A stretch of DNA of 64,000 bases from a virus (Duplodnaviria; Caudoviricetes). Where the stretch lies: IMG/VR virus record IMGVR_UViG_3300044846_003573; one strand, 5' to 3'. The first letter of the stretch is position 1. Every line of letters starts with the position of its first letter. Below the pieces are notes generated by a model. It did no database searches, was not told the origin of the DNA, and saw nothing but the letters and a program-made list of their open reading frames with translations. Below are positions 9,940 through 18,210 of this stretch, piece after piece. The position numbers were made by a program, and so were the translations under genes.

Positions 9940-10367
9940 ACCTACAAGAAACAATAAGACGAATATTAAGGGAAGAACTATATTCTCCATCAGGAGATGA
10001 AATGACACCTAATAAGTTTGTGGTCCATAAATCAAATCCGGTATGGAGAAAGAATATACGACTTAATGGGTTGTTGACATCGGTAGGGGAATGTTATGAG
10101 AATCACGCAATGGATTTATATGGTGAATGGTATACGGAATGTCAACCAGCAATTTTTGCCACAGATTCATTGGATAAAGAAGATATGTTTAGTGATGGTT
10201 ATGATGATGACACATGGTTAATAGATACAGAATGTGCTGGGGTTACTTGGTATAGAGATGCACATTTCGAAGGTGGAGATTATGAACATCATATTGTGAC
10301 ATTTGAGAATATATCATCTAACTGTATAAAATTAATCAATAAAGGAACAGGTAAAAGTATTTGGTAA
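9936..10367 (+). CDS. MNLQE-leader protein, possible ADP-ribosyltransferase-like fold
   Basis: VVHKS...NIRLNGL...PAIFAT resembles the H-x-S/T...I...GL pattern of ART-fold proteins; weak. Confidence 0.4.
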   Translation: MNLQETIRRILREELYSPSGDEMTPNKFVVHKSNPVWRKNIRLNGLLTSVGECYENHAMDLYGEWYTECQPAIFATDSLDKEDMFSDGYDDDTWLIDTECAGVTWYRDAHFEGGDYEHHIVTFENISSNCIKLINKGTGKSIW

Positions 10368-10368
10368 G

Positions 10369-10989
10369 ATGAACCTACAGGAACACATAAGAAGAGTATT
10401 AAGGGAAGATAAAAAGAGTAAATTCATTATGGATATTGTTGATAAACATGGTGTTTATAAGACGGCAGAAATGATGGGTGTAACTATTACCTATTTATAC
10501 AAAATGTCTGATTTAAAAATTGATGAATTTGTTGCTAAAGAACTATTGGCTGAAAATATTGAAAATGGTAATTTACCTGCAAAATATAAAGGATTTGAAA
10601 TTGAAATAAGTAGTGATGATGTGTTTTATTGGGCAAGGCAGTTTAAATCGGGACACTATCCACCTAATGTATTAGAAAAAATATGGGTAATGGCAACACC
10701 TTTTTTCGCAACTGCTGATTATACACCCGTTGAACTTGATTGGTATGGATTAGAAGATGACTCAAAGAAACCTAATGTAGGAATATACGATACAAGTGGT
10801 GATGGTGATTATTTTGTGGAACTTACACATAATACACATAATGGTAATTATTTTTTTAATAGTGTTGATAATTTATTTGATTGGTATAATACGTTTTACT
10901 TACCAGAAGTGTATGAAATAATCTTGGATAGATTCATACCTGAAGTCCAAGAAGACACAGATGAAAGACTTAGAGATAAAAATACTTAA
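10369..10989 (+). CDS. MNLQE-leader protein, unknown function
   Basis: Starts MNLQEHIRRVLRED. Confidence 0.7.
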   Translation: MNLQEHIRRVLREDKKSKFIMDIVDKHGVYKTAEMMGVTITYLYKMSDLKIDEFVAKELLAENIENGNLPAKYKGFEIEISSDDVFYWARQFKSGHYPPNVLEKIWVMATPFFATADYTPVELDWYGLEDDSKKPNVGIYDTSGDGDYFVELTHNTHNGNYFFNSVDNLFDWYNTFYLPEVYEIILDRFIPEVQEDTDERLRDKNT

Positions 10990-11026
10990 GATACGGACTT
11001 AGGACCGTTGTAGTTTAGGCTACATT

Positions 11027-11057
11027 AACCCCATTGAATTCGCTACTCAGTGGGGTT
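11027..11057. terminator. Bidirectional terminator overlapping the stop of the array gene
   Basis: aaccccattga-attcgctac-tcagtggggtt between convergent genes. Confidence 0.65.
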
Positions 11058-11777
11058 TTCATTTAAGACATCTTCCACCACTGGTGAATTACATGTACGT
11101 GATGTGTGTGTTGTAGTTACCTTATGATTTAGGACTTCTTTCACCTCACTGAGAACAATAGTGGGTCTACAATAGGTTTTAGACACCTTATGATTTAATA
11201 CCTTCTCCACCATATTCGGAAACGGCGGTGTATTGAATGATATTGTAGACACCTTATGATTTAATGCCTTTTCCACCAAAACCACTTGTTCCGCATTCGT
11301 CGTTTGTGTTGTAGATACCTTATGATTTAATACATCTTCCACCAAGAAACCTTCGTTACCGATATCGTTTTGCGTTGTGAATACCTTATAATTTAATACC
11401 TCTTCCATCTTCACATTTGCCTTCATGCCCATATAAACAGTTGTAGATACCTTATGATTTAATACCTCTTCCACCTCATCATACTTTTTCTCCGCACACA
11501 ATTCAGTTGTGGGCACCTTATGATTTAATACCTCTTCCACCCAAGAAGCGAGTATTGGTTCAAAATCTTTGGGTTCCAATGAGAAAATGGTAAAAAAACT
11601 ATTAAAGAAATAATATCTCCACCACAAACGACCACTCTTTTCAAATTCAAAATACCAATGCTCCTTTTCTCGGTCAATTAACCATATAGAATCTTTATAT
11701 GGGATTATCTCCACATTACCTAATTCTTTGTATAGTTGTTTGAATACAACCTGTTTTAATCTATCAGTTACTTTCAT
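11043..11777 (-). CDS. Array gene A: about 79-aa conserved N-domain plus 22-aa periodic array (VEEVLNHKVSTT + 10 variable aa)
   Basis: ORF track; N-domain shared with three paralogs. Confidence 0.85.
   Translation of the reverse strand: MKVTDRLKQVVFKQLYKELGNVEIIPYKDSIWLIDREKEHWYFEFEKSGRLWWRYYFFNSFFTIFSLEPKDFEPILASWVEEVLNHKVPTTELCAEKKYDEVEEVLNHKVSTTVYMGMKANVKMEEVLNYKVFTTQNDIGNEGFLVEDVLNHKVSTTQTTNAEQVVLVEKALNHKVSTISFNTPPFPNMVEKVLNHKVSKTYCRPTIVLSEVKEVLNHKVTTTHTSRTCNSPVVEDVLNENPTE
11061..11541 (-). CRISPR. CRISPR-like array A inside CDS: 7 full 36-bp repeats + 1 partial, 7 spacers of 30 bp (structure certain, CRISPR function unproven)
   Basis: Repeats start on + strand at 11110, 11176, 11242, 11308, 11374, 11440, 11506 (period 66); consensus GTTGTRGATACCTTATGATTTAATACCTCTTCCACC. 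Confidence 0.6.
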
Positions 11778-12507
11778 TTTCTTTTTTGTTGTTTAATGCC
11801 TCATCTACCGATTCCGCTCTTCTTGAGATGAATTCTTCCGTTTTGGATACCTTACGATTCAATATATCTTCCACCAAAAAGTTTCCTTCACCTACGTCAC
11901 GGACTGTTTTGGATACCTTAATATCCAATACCTCTTCCATCTCAAGATTACCTCTTGGGTGGAGATACTCCGTTGTAGATACCTTACGATTCAATACCTG
12001 TTCCACCAAATAGTTGTTAGATAAGGTCATGTTTTTTGTTGTGGATACCTTACTATTCAATACCTCTTCCATCATATCATTCGAAGTGAAACTGAATTGC
12101 TGAGTTGTGGATACCTTACTATTCAATACCTCTTCCACCCCTTGCTTAAAACTTCTGAAACGGCTTGCAGTTGTGGATACCTTACTATTCAATACCTCTT
12201 CCACCCCACCATCCATGACATATTGCGTGCTATCTGTTGTGGATACCTTACTATTCAATACCTCTTCCACCCAAGATGAAATAATTGGTTCAAAATCTTT
12301 GGACTCCAAAGAGAAAAAAGAAAAGAAAGATTTGAAATAATCATATCTCCAATATAAACATCCACTTTCAGTTAGTTGGAAATACCAGTATTTTTCTTCT
12401 CTATCAATAAACCAATAACTGTATTGGGTAGGGATAATTTCCACATTACCTAATTCTTTGTATAGTTGTTTGAATATGAGTTGTTTTAATCTATCCGTTA
12501 CTTTCAT
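11764..12507 (-). CDS. Array gene B
   Basis: ORF track; same architecture, repeat variants NSK/NRK. Confidence 0.85.
   Translation of the reverse strand: MKVTDRLKQLIFKQLYKELGNVEIIPTQYSYWFIDREEKYWYFQLTESGCLYWRYDYFKSFFSFFSLESKDFEPIISSWVEEVLNSKVSTTDSTQYVMDGGVEEVLNSKVSTTASRFRSFKQGVEEVLNSKVSTTQQFSFTSNDMMEEVLNSKVSTTKNMTLSNNYLVEQVLNRKVSTTEYLHPRGNLEMEEVLDIKVSKTVRDVGEGNFLVEDILNRKVSKTEEFISRRAESVDEALNNKKENESN
11791..12271 (-). CRISPR. CRISPR-like array B inside CDS: 7 full repeats + 1 partial, 7 spacers of 30 bp
   Basis: Repeats start at 11840, 11906, 11972, 12038, 12104, 12170, 12236; variant GTTGTGGATACCTTACTATTCAATACCTCTTCCACC. Confidence 0.6.
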
Positions 12508-13195
12508 TTTCTTTTTTATTGTTTAATGCCTTTTTCACCCAAACACTATTTAATACTTCTTCCACTGACCTTTCGGAAAACAAGGAATTATTTTTAGTTG
12601 TAGATACCCTACTATCTAATACTTTTTTTACCTTTCTTTTTTGGGCGGCGTCTACTTCAAAAGTTTCGGATACCTTATGATTTAAGACCTCTTCCACCCA
12701 CTTTGCTGTTACAGTAGTTTTCTCTTCAGTTGTGGATACCTTATGATTTAATACCTCTTCCACCAGAGGAAATTCGTCAATTACAAACATTTTTGTTGTG
12801 GATACCTTATGATTTAAGACCTCTTCCACCTGAAGTAAGCGGTGGGCCAATGTATTACCTGTTGTGGATACCTTATGATTTAATACCTCTTCCACCTTAT
12901 TGTCTCGGCGTACGGAAGGTATACGAGTTGTGGATACCTTATGATTTAAGACCTCTTCCACCCAAGAAGATATTATTGGTTCAAACTCACTCTGTTCCAA
13001 AGAGAAAATGCTGAAAAACGATGGGAAGAATGAGTATCTCCAAAATAAACATCCCTCTTTAGACAACTGAAAATACCAATAACAATTTTCCCTATCAATG
13101 AACCATACAGAGTCTTTATATGGGATTATCTCCGCATTACCTAACTCTTTGTATAGGTGTTTGAATATGAGTTGTTTTAGCTTATCTGTAACCAT
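12491..13195 (-). CDS. Array gene C
   Basis: ORF track, start moved to ATG at 13195; TATCTTTG just upstream. Confidence 0.85.
   Translation of the reverse strand: MVTDKLKQLIFKHLYKELGNAEIIPYKDSVWFIDRENCYWYFQLSKEGCLFWRYSFFPSFFSIFSLEQSEFEPIISSWVEEVLNHKVSTTRIPSVRRDNKVEEVLNHKVSTTGNTLAHRLLQVEEVLNHKVSTTKMFVIDEFPLVEEVLNHKVSTTEEKTTVTAKWVEEVLNHKVSETFEVDAAQKRKVKKVLDSRVSTTKNNSLFSERSVEEVLNSVWVKKALNNKKENESNG
12545..12962 (-). CRISPR. CRISPR-like array C inside CDS: 6 full repeats + partial, 6 spacers of 30 bp
   Basis: Repeats start at 12597, 12663, 12729, 12795, 12861, 12927. Confidence 0.6.
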
Positions 13196-13231
13196 AAGCA
13201 CAAAGATACAAAAAAACTTTGAAAATACAAA

Positions 13232-13570
13232 TTAATTTTCAGACGGTAATTTTAACGACCATTGGGAGCTCATTATCTTGTTGGACATTTGACCCTCCAA
13301 ATTCAGTTTTTTCTTAACCCATTGTCCAATAATTCTGGTAGATTGATAACTGTTAAGAGAAAAGAAGGAAGAAATTGCTTCAATTAAACCTTTATAGATA
13401 AAACACAATTCATTATTGGAATGATTACCACCATATTGAATTTGAGCAGACTCATCTTTAGGATATGAAAAATATATACTGGCACCAGTTTTAGTTATAT
13501 TGAAATCCTGACTATCAAGATACCTGAATATTACTTTATCTAATTGTGATTCTGTGATTAAATATTTCAT
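13232..13570 (-). CDS. MKYLITE-family protein
   Basis: MKYLITESQLDKVIFRYLD...SSFFSL...IIGQWV. Confidence 0.75.
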   Translation of the reverse strand: MKYLITESQLDKVIFRYLDSQDFNITKTGASIYFSYPKDESAQIQYGGNHSNNELCFIYKGLIEAISSFFSLNSYQSTRIIGQWVKKKLNLEGQMSNKIMSSQWSLKLPSEN

Positions 13571-13938
13571 GATAATGTTATACTTCTAACTGATTTAACT
13601 TCATAGTCAGGAAAGAACTCATTAAATACATCTGACATAATGAATTTGCCGTGAACTAACCAAATAGGATGAGGAAACGCTGTACCATATACATCGTCAA
13701 AGTTCCTATTATAGTATAAATCACCACTTGGTTTATTATAAACCATTACGGCGTTTTGGTCACTATCAAATAAGTTAAGTCTTAAATCATTTTCAGAATG
13801 TGAATCAACCAAATTTTCAAAATAACGAATCATTTTAGGTTTGAGTCTATTGTATTGTTCCGTATATTCAGAATCTCTCCAAGTTCTTTCAAGTTCGGAT
13901 ATTAAATTATATTGTGACTCGGTAATAATATACTTCAT
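13567..13938 (-). CDS. MKYLITE-leader protein
   Basis: MKYIITESQYNLISE. Confidence 0.7.
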   Translation of the reverse strand: MKYIITESQYNLISELERTWRDSEYTEQYNRLKPKMIRYFENLVDSHSENDLRLNLFDSDQNAVMVYNKPSGDLYYNRNFDDVYGTAFPHPIWLVHGKFIMSDVFNEFFPDYEVKSVRSITLS

Positions 13939-13944
13939 GTAATA

Positions 13945-13964
13945 ATAAATATAATTATATTTAT
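13945..13964. promoter_or_regulatory. Perfect 20-bp palindrome with back-to-back TATTTAT motifs between divergent genes
   Basis: ataaatataattatatttat between ATGs at 13938(-) and 13971(+). Confidence 0.6.
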
Positions 13965-13970
13965 AATATT

Positions 13971-14294
13971 ATGAACCTACAAGAGAATATAAAAAAAGTA
14001 TTAAGGGAAGAAACAGATTTTTCACCACAGTTCAAAAGAAGACTGAATAGATTTAAATCGTTTGTATGGGATAATAATGTAACTAATTATCCATGTGATT
14101 TTGAAAACTTTGAAGCGTTCATGCGTGGTATACAACATGAAATTATGGACATGATTACAGATGGTTCTGATACCGATGGCCCGTTGTCTGATTGGTTAAC
14201 ATATAAAGATGGTGTTACGTATGTAGAAAACTACATGAGGGATGACTTAGAAAAGTTTTATAATAAGCAATGTGTTGATGTCTTATACGTATAA
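13971..14294 (+). CDS. MNLQE-leader protein
   Basis: MNLQENIKKVLREE. Confidence 0.7.
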   Translation: MNLQENIKKVLREETDFSPQFKRRLNRFKSFVWDNNVTNYPCDFENFEAFMRGIQHEIMDMITDGSDTDGPLSDWLTYKDGVTYVENYMRDDLEKFYNKQCVDVLYV

Positions 14295-14639
14295 ATCAAG
14301 AAATTGTTCAATTGATATTCCAAGACCTGAGATACCAAAAAAGTTCATAAAGTCGGATTCATCCCAAGTATCACATCCGTTATTAATAATCCAAGATTGA
14401 CCTGTGGCATAATTCATCTGATAAAGTAAATCATAACTATTATCTAATTTTATCAGATACATCGGACCATAATTGTCCATATTAAATCTTCTTTGCATAC
14501 TATTATAACTAATACACTCATCAAAAATTATCATTACATCAGTTAAATCTGGGTCAAACTCAACACGACCTGTCAGGTCAATATTAAACTTGTCTTTAAT
14601 GAATGTTTTTAATTTAGATTCGGTGATAAGATATTTCAT
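14283..14639 (-). CDS. MKYLITE-leader protein
   Basis: MKYLITESKL. Confidence 0.7.
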   Translation of the reverse strand: MKYLITESKLKTFIKDKFNIDLTGRVEFDPDLTDVMIIFDECISYNSMQRRFNMDNYGPMYLIKLDNSYDLLYQMNYATGQSWIINNGCDTWDESDFMNFFGISGLGISIEQFLDLYV

Positions 14640-14655
14640 TATATATAAATATTAG

Positions 14656-15066
14656 TTAACAATTTCCTGTATTATAAACCTCAATATTGTGAACACTAAT
14701 TAGACCGCCACCGAACTGATATAAAGCCTTAGAAATAACATCTCTATACATACTTCTTGTACCTTCCTCATAGATATACCTTCCCACATTTGCAGGAGCT
14801 GGCTTAGGTATGTAGACGACCAAATTCATAGAGTCACGAGTGGGGATGATATTATAACTACAATACATCAAGACGGTTGAGATATCATTTTCAAGTATAG
14901 TTTTTGTTAGAAAGATAATATCTTCTCTTGTTCCTTTAAGACCAATCTCATCAATAATATCTTCAGGTTCCTTATCAGTCATTTTACACAGAGTACGCAT
15001 ACCAAATTTCTCTAATAAGGGTTTAAGAGTTTTGTTATATTGATTCTCAGTGATTAAGTATTTCAT
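14656..15066 (-). CDS. MKYLITE-leader protein
   Basis: MKYLITENQY. Confidence 0.7.
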   Translation of the reverse strand: MKYLITENQYNKTLKPLLEKFGMRTLCKMTDKEPEDIIDEIGLKGTREDIIFLTKTILENDISTVLMYCSYNIIPTRDSMNLVVYIPKPAPANVGRYIYEEGTRSMYRDVISKALYQFGGGLISVHNIEVYNTGNC

Positions 15067-15078
15067 TATATGTAAATA

Positions 15079-15411
15079 TTAGTTATAGTGAACCTTCAAA
15101 ACTTCGGACTTGCTAAAGACAACCCATTGTGAGTAACTGACTTCCATTTGTAGGGTATTTCCAACCCAATTACCAATAATCTTTTTAGAGCGGACTTCAT
15201 CTAAAGAAAATAATACAGAGATGTCCTCAATTAAATTTAAGTTTATCTGACAAACACCATTTTTTTTATTATATCTAATTTGGGCATGTTCATCTTCTTC
15301 TGAATTAACAAAGAATATATTACTACTTGTTTCAATCTGAATAAAGTTCTGGCTATCCAAATATCTAAAGATTACTCTGTCTAATTGTGATTCGGTGATA
15401 AGGTATTTCAT
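15079..15411 (-). CDS. MKYLITE-family protein (WVxNTLQM subfamily)
   Basis: MKYLITESQLDRVIFRYLD...IGNWVGNTLQMEVSYS. Confidence 0.75.
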   Translation of the reverse strand: MKYLITESQLDRVIFRYLDSQNFIQIETSSNIFFVNSEEDEHAQIRYNKKNGVCQINLNLIEDISVLFSLDEVRSKKIIGNWVGNTLQMEVSYSQWVVFSKSEVLKVHYN

Positions 15412-15414
15412 ATA

Positions 15415-15735
15415 TTAATAATCAAAAAACATAACATCAACATCAAATGCTTTACTAAACCAATCAGAAATGAATTTACCTGATTGCTCTTTATCAAGTG
15501 GATACATGGATGAAAACTTATCTAAAAAAGATTCATCAATATATAATCTACCATCGCTGTGGTCAAACTCCATTAAAATAAAAAAATCAGGGCCTCTTTC
15601 AGGGCTATATATATTAATGAAATCACTATCTGATGTTCTATCATAATCTAATAATTTATTTAACTCAGATATCATTAAATTATTTATTACCGATTTGACT
15701 TTATCTAATTGTGATTCGGTGATGAGGTATTTCAT
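15415..15735 (-). CDS. MKYLITE-leader protein
   Basis: Start moved to ATG at 15735. Confidence 0.7.
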   Translation of the reverse strand: MKYLITESQLDKVKSVINNLMISELNKLLDYDRTSDSDFINIYSPERGPDFFILMEFDHSDGRLYIDESFLDKFSSMYPLDKEQSGKFISDWFSKAFDVDVMFFDY

Positions 15736-15768
15736 ATAAAATATAAATATAATCATATTTATAATAAT

Positions 15769-16098
15769 ATGAACTTAAAAGAATCTATAAAAAGAATACT
15801 GAGGGAAGAACTATCGGCGAGAATTAAAAGAAGACTTTCTAATGATGAAATGGAAAATGAGTTTCTTGAATCTTTTGAAGGCGCTTATCGTCTTACAAAA
15901 GACAGAAAGGTTTTAAGTTCACATTTTTTAGATGAGTTAGTCTACACAACAATAACCTTTATGATGGATGGGGTACATTGGAGATTTGTTAGTACATTAC
16001 CTGAAGATGAATTTTGGTATGATGATATACACCAAGGATTAGAAAATCATTATAGAAAAAGAATTACACGGATGTATAATGAAAGAAAAGGTTTTTAA
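15769..16098 (+). CDS. MNLQE-leader protein
   Basis: MNLKESIKRILREE. Confidence 0.7.
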   Translation: MNLKESIKRILREELSARIKRRLSNDEMENEFLESFEGAYRLTKDRKVLSSHFLDELVYTTITFMMDGVHWRFVSTLPEDEFWYDDIHQGLENHYRKRITRMYNERKGF

Positions 16099-16101
16099 AG
16101 A

Positions 16102-16380
16102 TTAATTAGAGTTTAAGAATTTGAGTAACGCTCTAATATATTCGGAACGTTTATTATAGAATTCAGTATCATCATCATATTGAAAAAACTCTTCACCTCT
16201 ATGTCTATCAACGAACTTTTCAATTAATTCATAAGCGTAGTCATCTCTGTCGGCGGAATCTTCAAAATCTTCTTCATCCATAATGTAGTTATAATCATCC
16301 CTAAGTGATTCCAATTCATCCATTGTAAACCTCCTAAGTAAAAATGCTTCTAACTGTGATTCTGTAATTAAGTATTTCAT
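16102..16380 (-). CDS. MKYLITE-leader acidic protein
   Basis: MKYLITESQLE; D/E-rich. Confidence 0.7.
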   Translation of the reverse strand: MKYLITESQLEAFLLRRFTMDELESLRDDYNYIMDEEDFEDSADRDDYAYELIEKFVDRHRGEEFFQYDDDTEFYNKRSEYIRALLKFLNSN

Positions 16381-16733
16381 TATTCGTTAACCATTAATCT
16401 GTAATCATATGGACCATCCCAAACCGTACTATCACTAATACCCAAAGTATTATTAACCCATGCTTTGATTATATCCAAACAATCCGATTTATCAATGGAG
16501 AAGAAGGTAGATAATTTATCAGTCAAATCAGAATTTACAAACACCCAATTCCTAACTTCACCAAAAGCGTTATTAGTATAAACACTAATCTGTGATTCCC
16601 TATCTGACTCACTGTTTAAGAAATATATATAATTGCTGAATTTCTTCTTGTTGTCATACATCACAAAGTCCTGAATATCAAGATACTTAAAGATTACTTT
16701 CTCTAATTTTGATTCGGTGATAAGGTATTTCAT
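16380..16733 (-). CDS. MKYLITE-family protein
   Basis: MKYLITESKLEKVIFKYLD...FFSID...WVNNTL. Confidence 0.75.
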   Translation of the reverse strand: MKYLITESKLEKVIFKYLDIQDFVMYDNKKKFSNYIYFLNSESDRESQISVYTNNAFGEVRNWVFVNSDLTDKLSTFFSIDKSDCLDIIKAWVNNTLGISDSTVWDGPYDYRLMVNE

Positions 16734-17068
16734 TATATATAAATATTCTTAGGTATTTTCAACCAAGACTGGGTCATCAAACCAGCCTTGGTGGTATTTG
16801 TAACTTTCATTTGTAGGGTATTCCCAACCCACCTACCAATAGCCGATTCAGAATCAGATTTGTCCAAAGAAAATAACGATGAGATGTTCTTGATTAATTC
16901 GGGACTTATTACGCAACCAAAATTACCATTTTTGATTTGAGCATATTCATCATCTTCAGAGTTAACGAAGTATACTAAAAGACCTATTTTAATTTGAATA
17001 AAATCTTGATGGTTCAAGTAAATAAAGATTGCTCTATCTAATTGTGATTCGGTGATAAGGTATTTCAT
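16733..17068 (-). CDS. MKYLITE-family protein (WVxNTLQM subfamily)
   Basis: ...AIGRWVGNTLQMKVTNT + 10 aa + LKIP. Confidence 0.75.
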   Translation of the reverse strand: MKYLITESQLDRAIFIYLNHQDFIQIKIGLLVYFVNSEDDEYAQIKNGNFGCVISPELIKNISSLFSLDKSDSESAIGRWVGNTLQMKVTNTTKAGLMTQSWLKIPKNIYI

Positions 17069-17080
17069 TATATATAAGTA

Positions 17081-17395
17081 TTAGTTAGGTGCTCTCAATC
17101 GTTCAGTGGGTAGGGTGTAAGAAATCTTTATTTGGAGAGTATCACTAACCCAACTACCAATAACTTCTTTTGAATCTAAATAATGTAAAGAAAATAAAGA
17201 AGAAATCTCATCAATTAATTTAGTGGATATATAACACCATTCATTAGTTATACTAGATTTAATTTGAGCGTATTCGTCACCTTCTGAATTAATAAAGTAT
17301 ACACCACCATTTTTCTCAATCTGAATAAAATCCTGATTATCCAAGTACTTAAAGATTACCTGATTTAATTTAGATTCTGTTATAAGGTATTTCAT
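17081..17395 (-). CDS. MKYLITE-family protein
   Basis: Start moved to ATG at 17395; ...VIGSWVSDTLQIKISYT. Confidence 0.75.
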   Translation of the reverse strand: MKYLITESKLNQVIFKYLDNQDFIQIEKNGGVYFINSEGDEYAQIKSSITNEWCYISTKLIDEISSLFSLHYLDSKEVIGSWVSDTLQIKISYTLPTERLRAPN

Positions 17396-17502
17396 TATAT
17401 ATAAATACAAAGATACACATAAAACTGAACAATACATATTGGGTTAATAATTTAATAAGAATATGATAATATGGTTTGAGGTTGTTTTTAATACTTATTA
17501 TT

Positions 17503-18210
17503 ATGGATTTATCAAAGTTTTTAACCATAGTAATCCCTTGTAAGAACGAGGGCAAGATAATAGAACAAACGTTGTCCTTATTAAACTTTCAAAAGGGAAT
17601 ACAAGATGTTAGAGTTATTGTTTGTGATTCATCGGATGATGATTATACATCCTATTCTTTGGAAAATAGGAGAACAGATTATTTTAATCTACAGATTATT
17701 TCAGGAGGACTTCCGTCTGTTGCAAGAAATAAGGGGGCTGAGAATGTGGAAACACCTTATGTTTTATTTTTGGATGCTGACATATTCTTATTGGATTTCA
17801 ACATATTAAACAATTGTATATGGGAGTTCTTATTACATAATACAGATTTGATTACATGTAAGGTAAGGTCAACGACAGGTGAGTATAATAGTATATTCAG
17901 ATTGTTTGATACAATACAAAAGGTATTTAAACCAATCACGCCATTTTGTCTTGGTGGGTTCATGATGGTAAAGAAAGAAGTATATGATACAATCGGTGGG
18001 TTTGATGAAAACGCAAGAGTTGCCGAGGATTATCTATTCTCCAAACAAGTTAAACCAAGCAAGTTTTATATCATGAATACGACGGTATTCACAAGTCCAA
18101 GAAGGTTCAAACAGAAAGGGGTGTGGTATATGTTAAAACTTATGGTTAGTTCATTCTTCAACAGAAACAATAAAAATCATTTTGAGGATGATAAAGGATA
18201 CTGGGAATGA
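17503..18210 (+). CDS. Glycosyltransferase family 2
   Basis: TIVIPCKNEG, VIVCDSSDD, ARNKGA, YVLFLDAD, GGFDE...AED. Confidence 0.85.
   Translation: MDLSKFLTIVIPCKNEGKIIEQTLSLLNFQKGIQDVRVIVCDSSDDDYTSYSLENRRTDYFNLQIISGGLPSVARNKGAENVETPYVLFLDADIFLLDFNILNNCIWEFLLHNTDLITCKVRSTTGEYNSIFRLFDTIQKVFKPITPFCLGGFMMVKKEVYDTIGGFDENARVAEDYLFSKQVKPSKFYIMNTTVFTSPRRFKQKGVWYMLKLMVSSFFNRNNKNHFEDDKGYWE

Noticed and set aside
10990-11025. Two tiny hairpins (gatacggac-ttag-gaccgtt; tgtag-tttagg-ctaca) before the terminator
   Set aside because: Stems are short and seen only once in the window; insufficient to call an RNA motif.
11344-11905. Apparent similarity of spacers QNDIGNEGFL (A) and VRDVGEGNFL (B)
   Set aside because: Only 13 of 30 nt identical by hand, among hundreds of possible pairs; not distinguishable from chance without a test.
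11786-13014. Plus-strand ORFs 11786-12013, 12097-12279, 12107-12340 and 12730-13014 showing periodic peptides
   Set aside because: Antisense shadows of the minus-strand array genes; short, with no shared N-domain or promoter.
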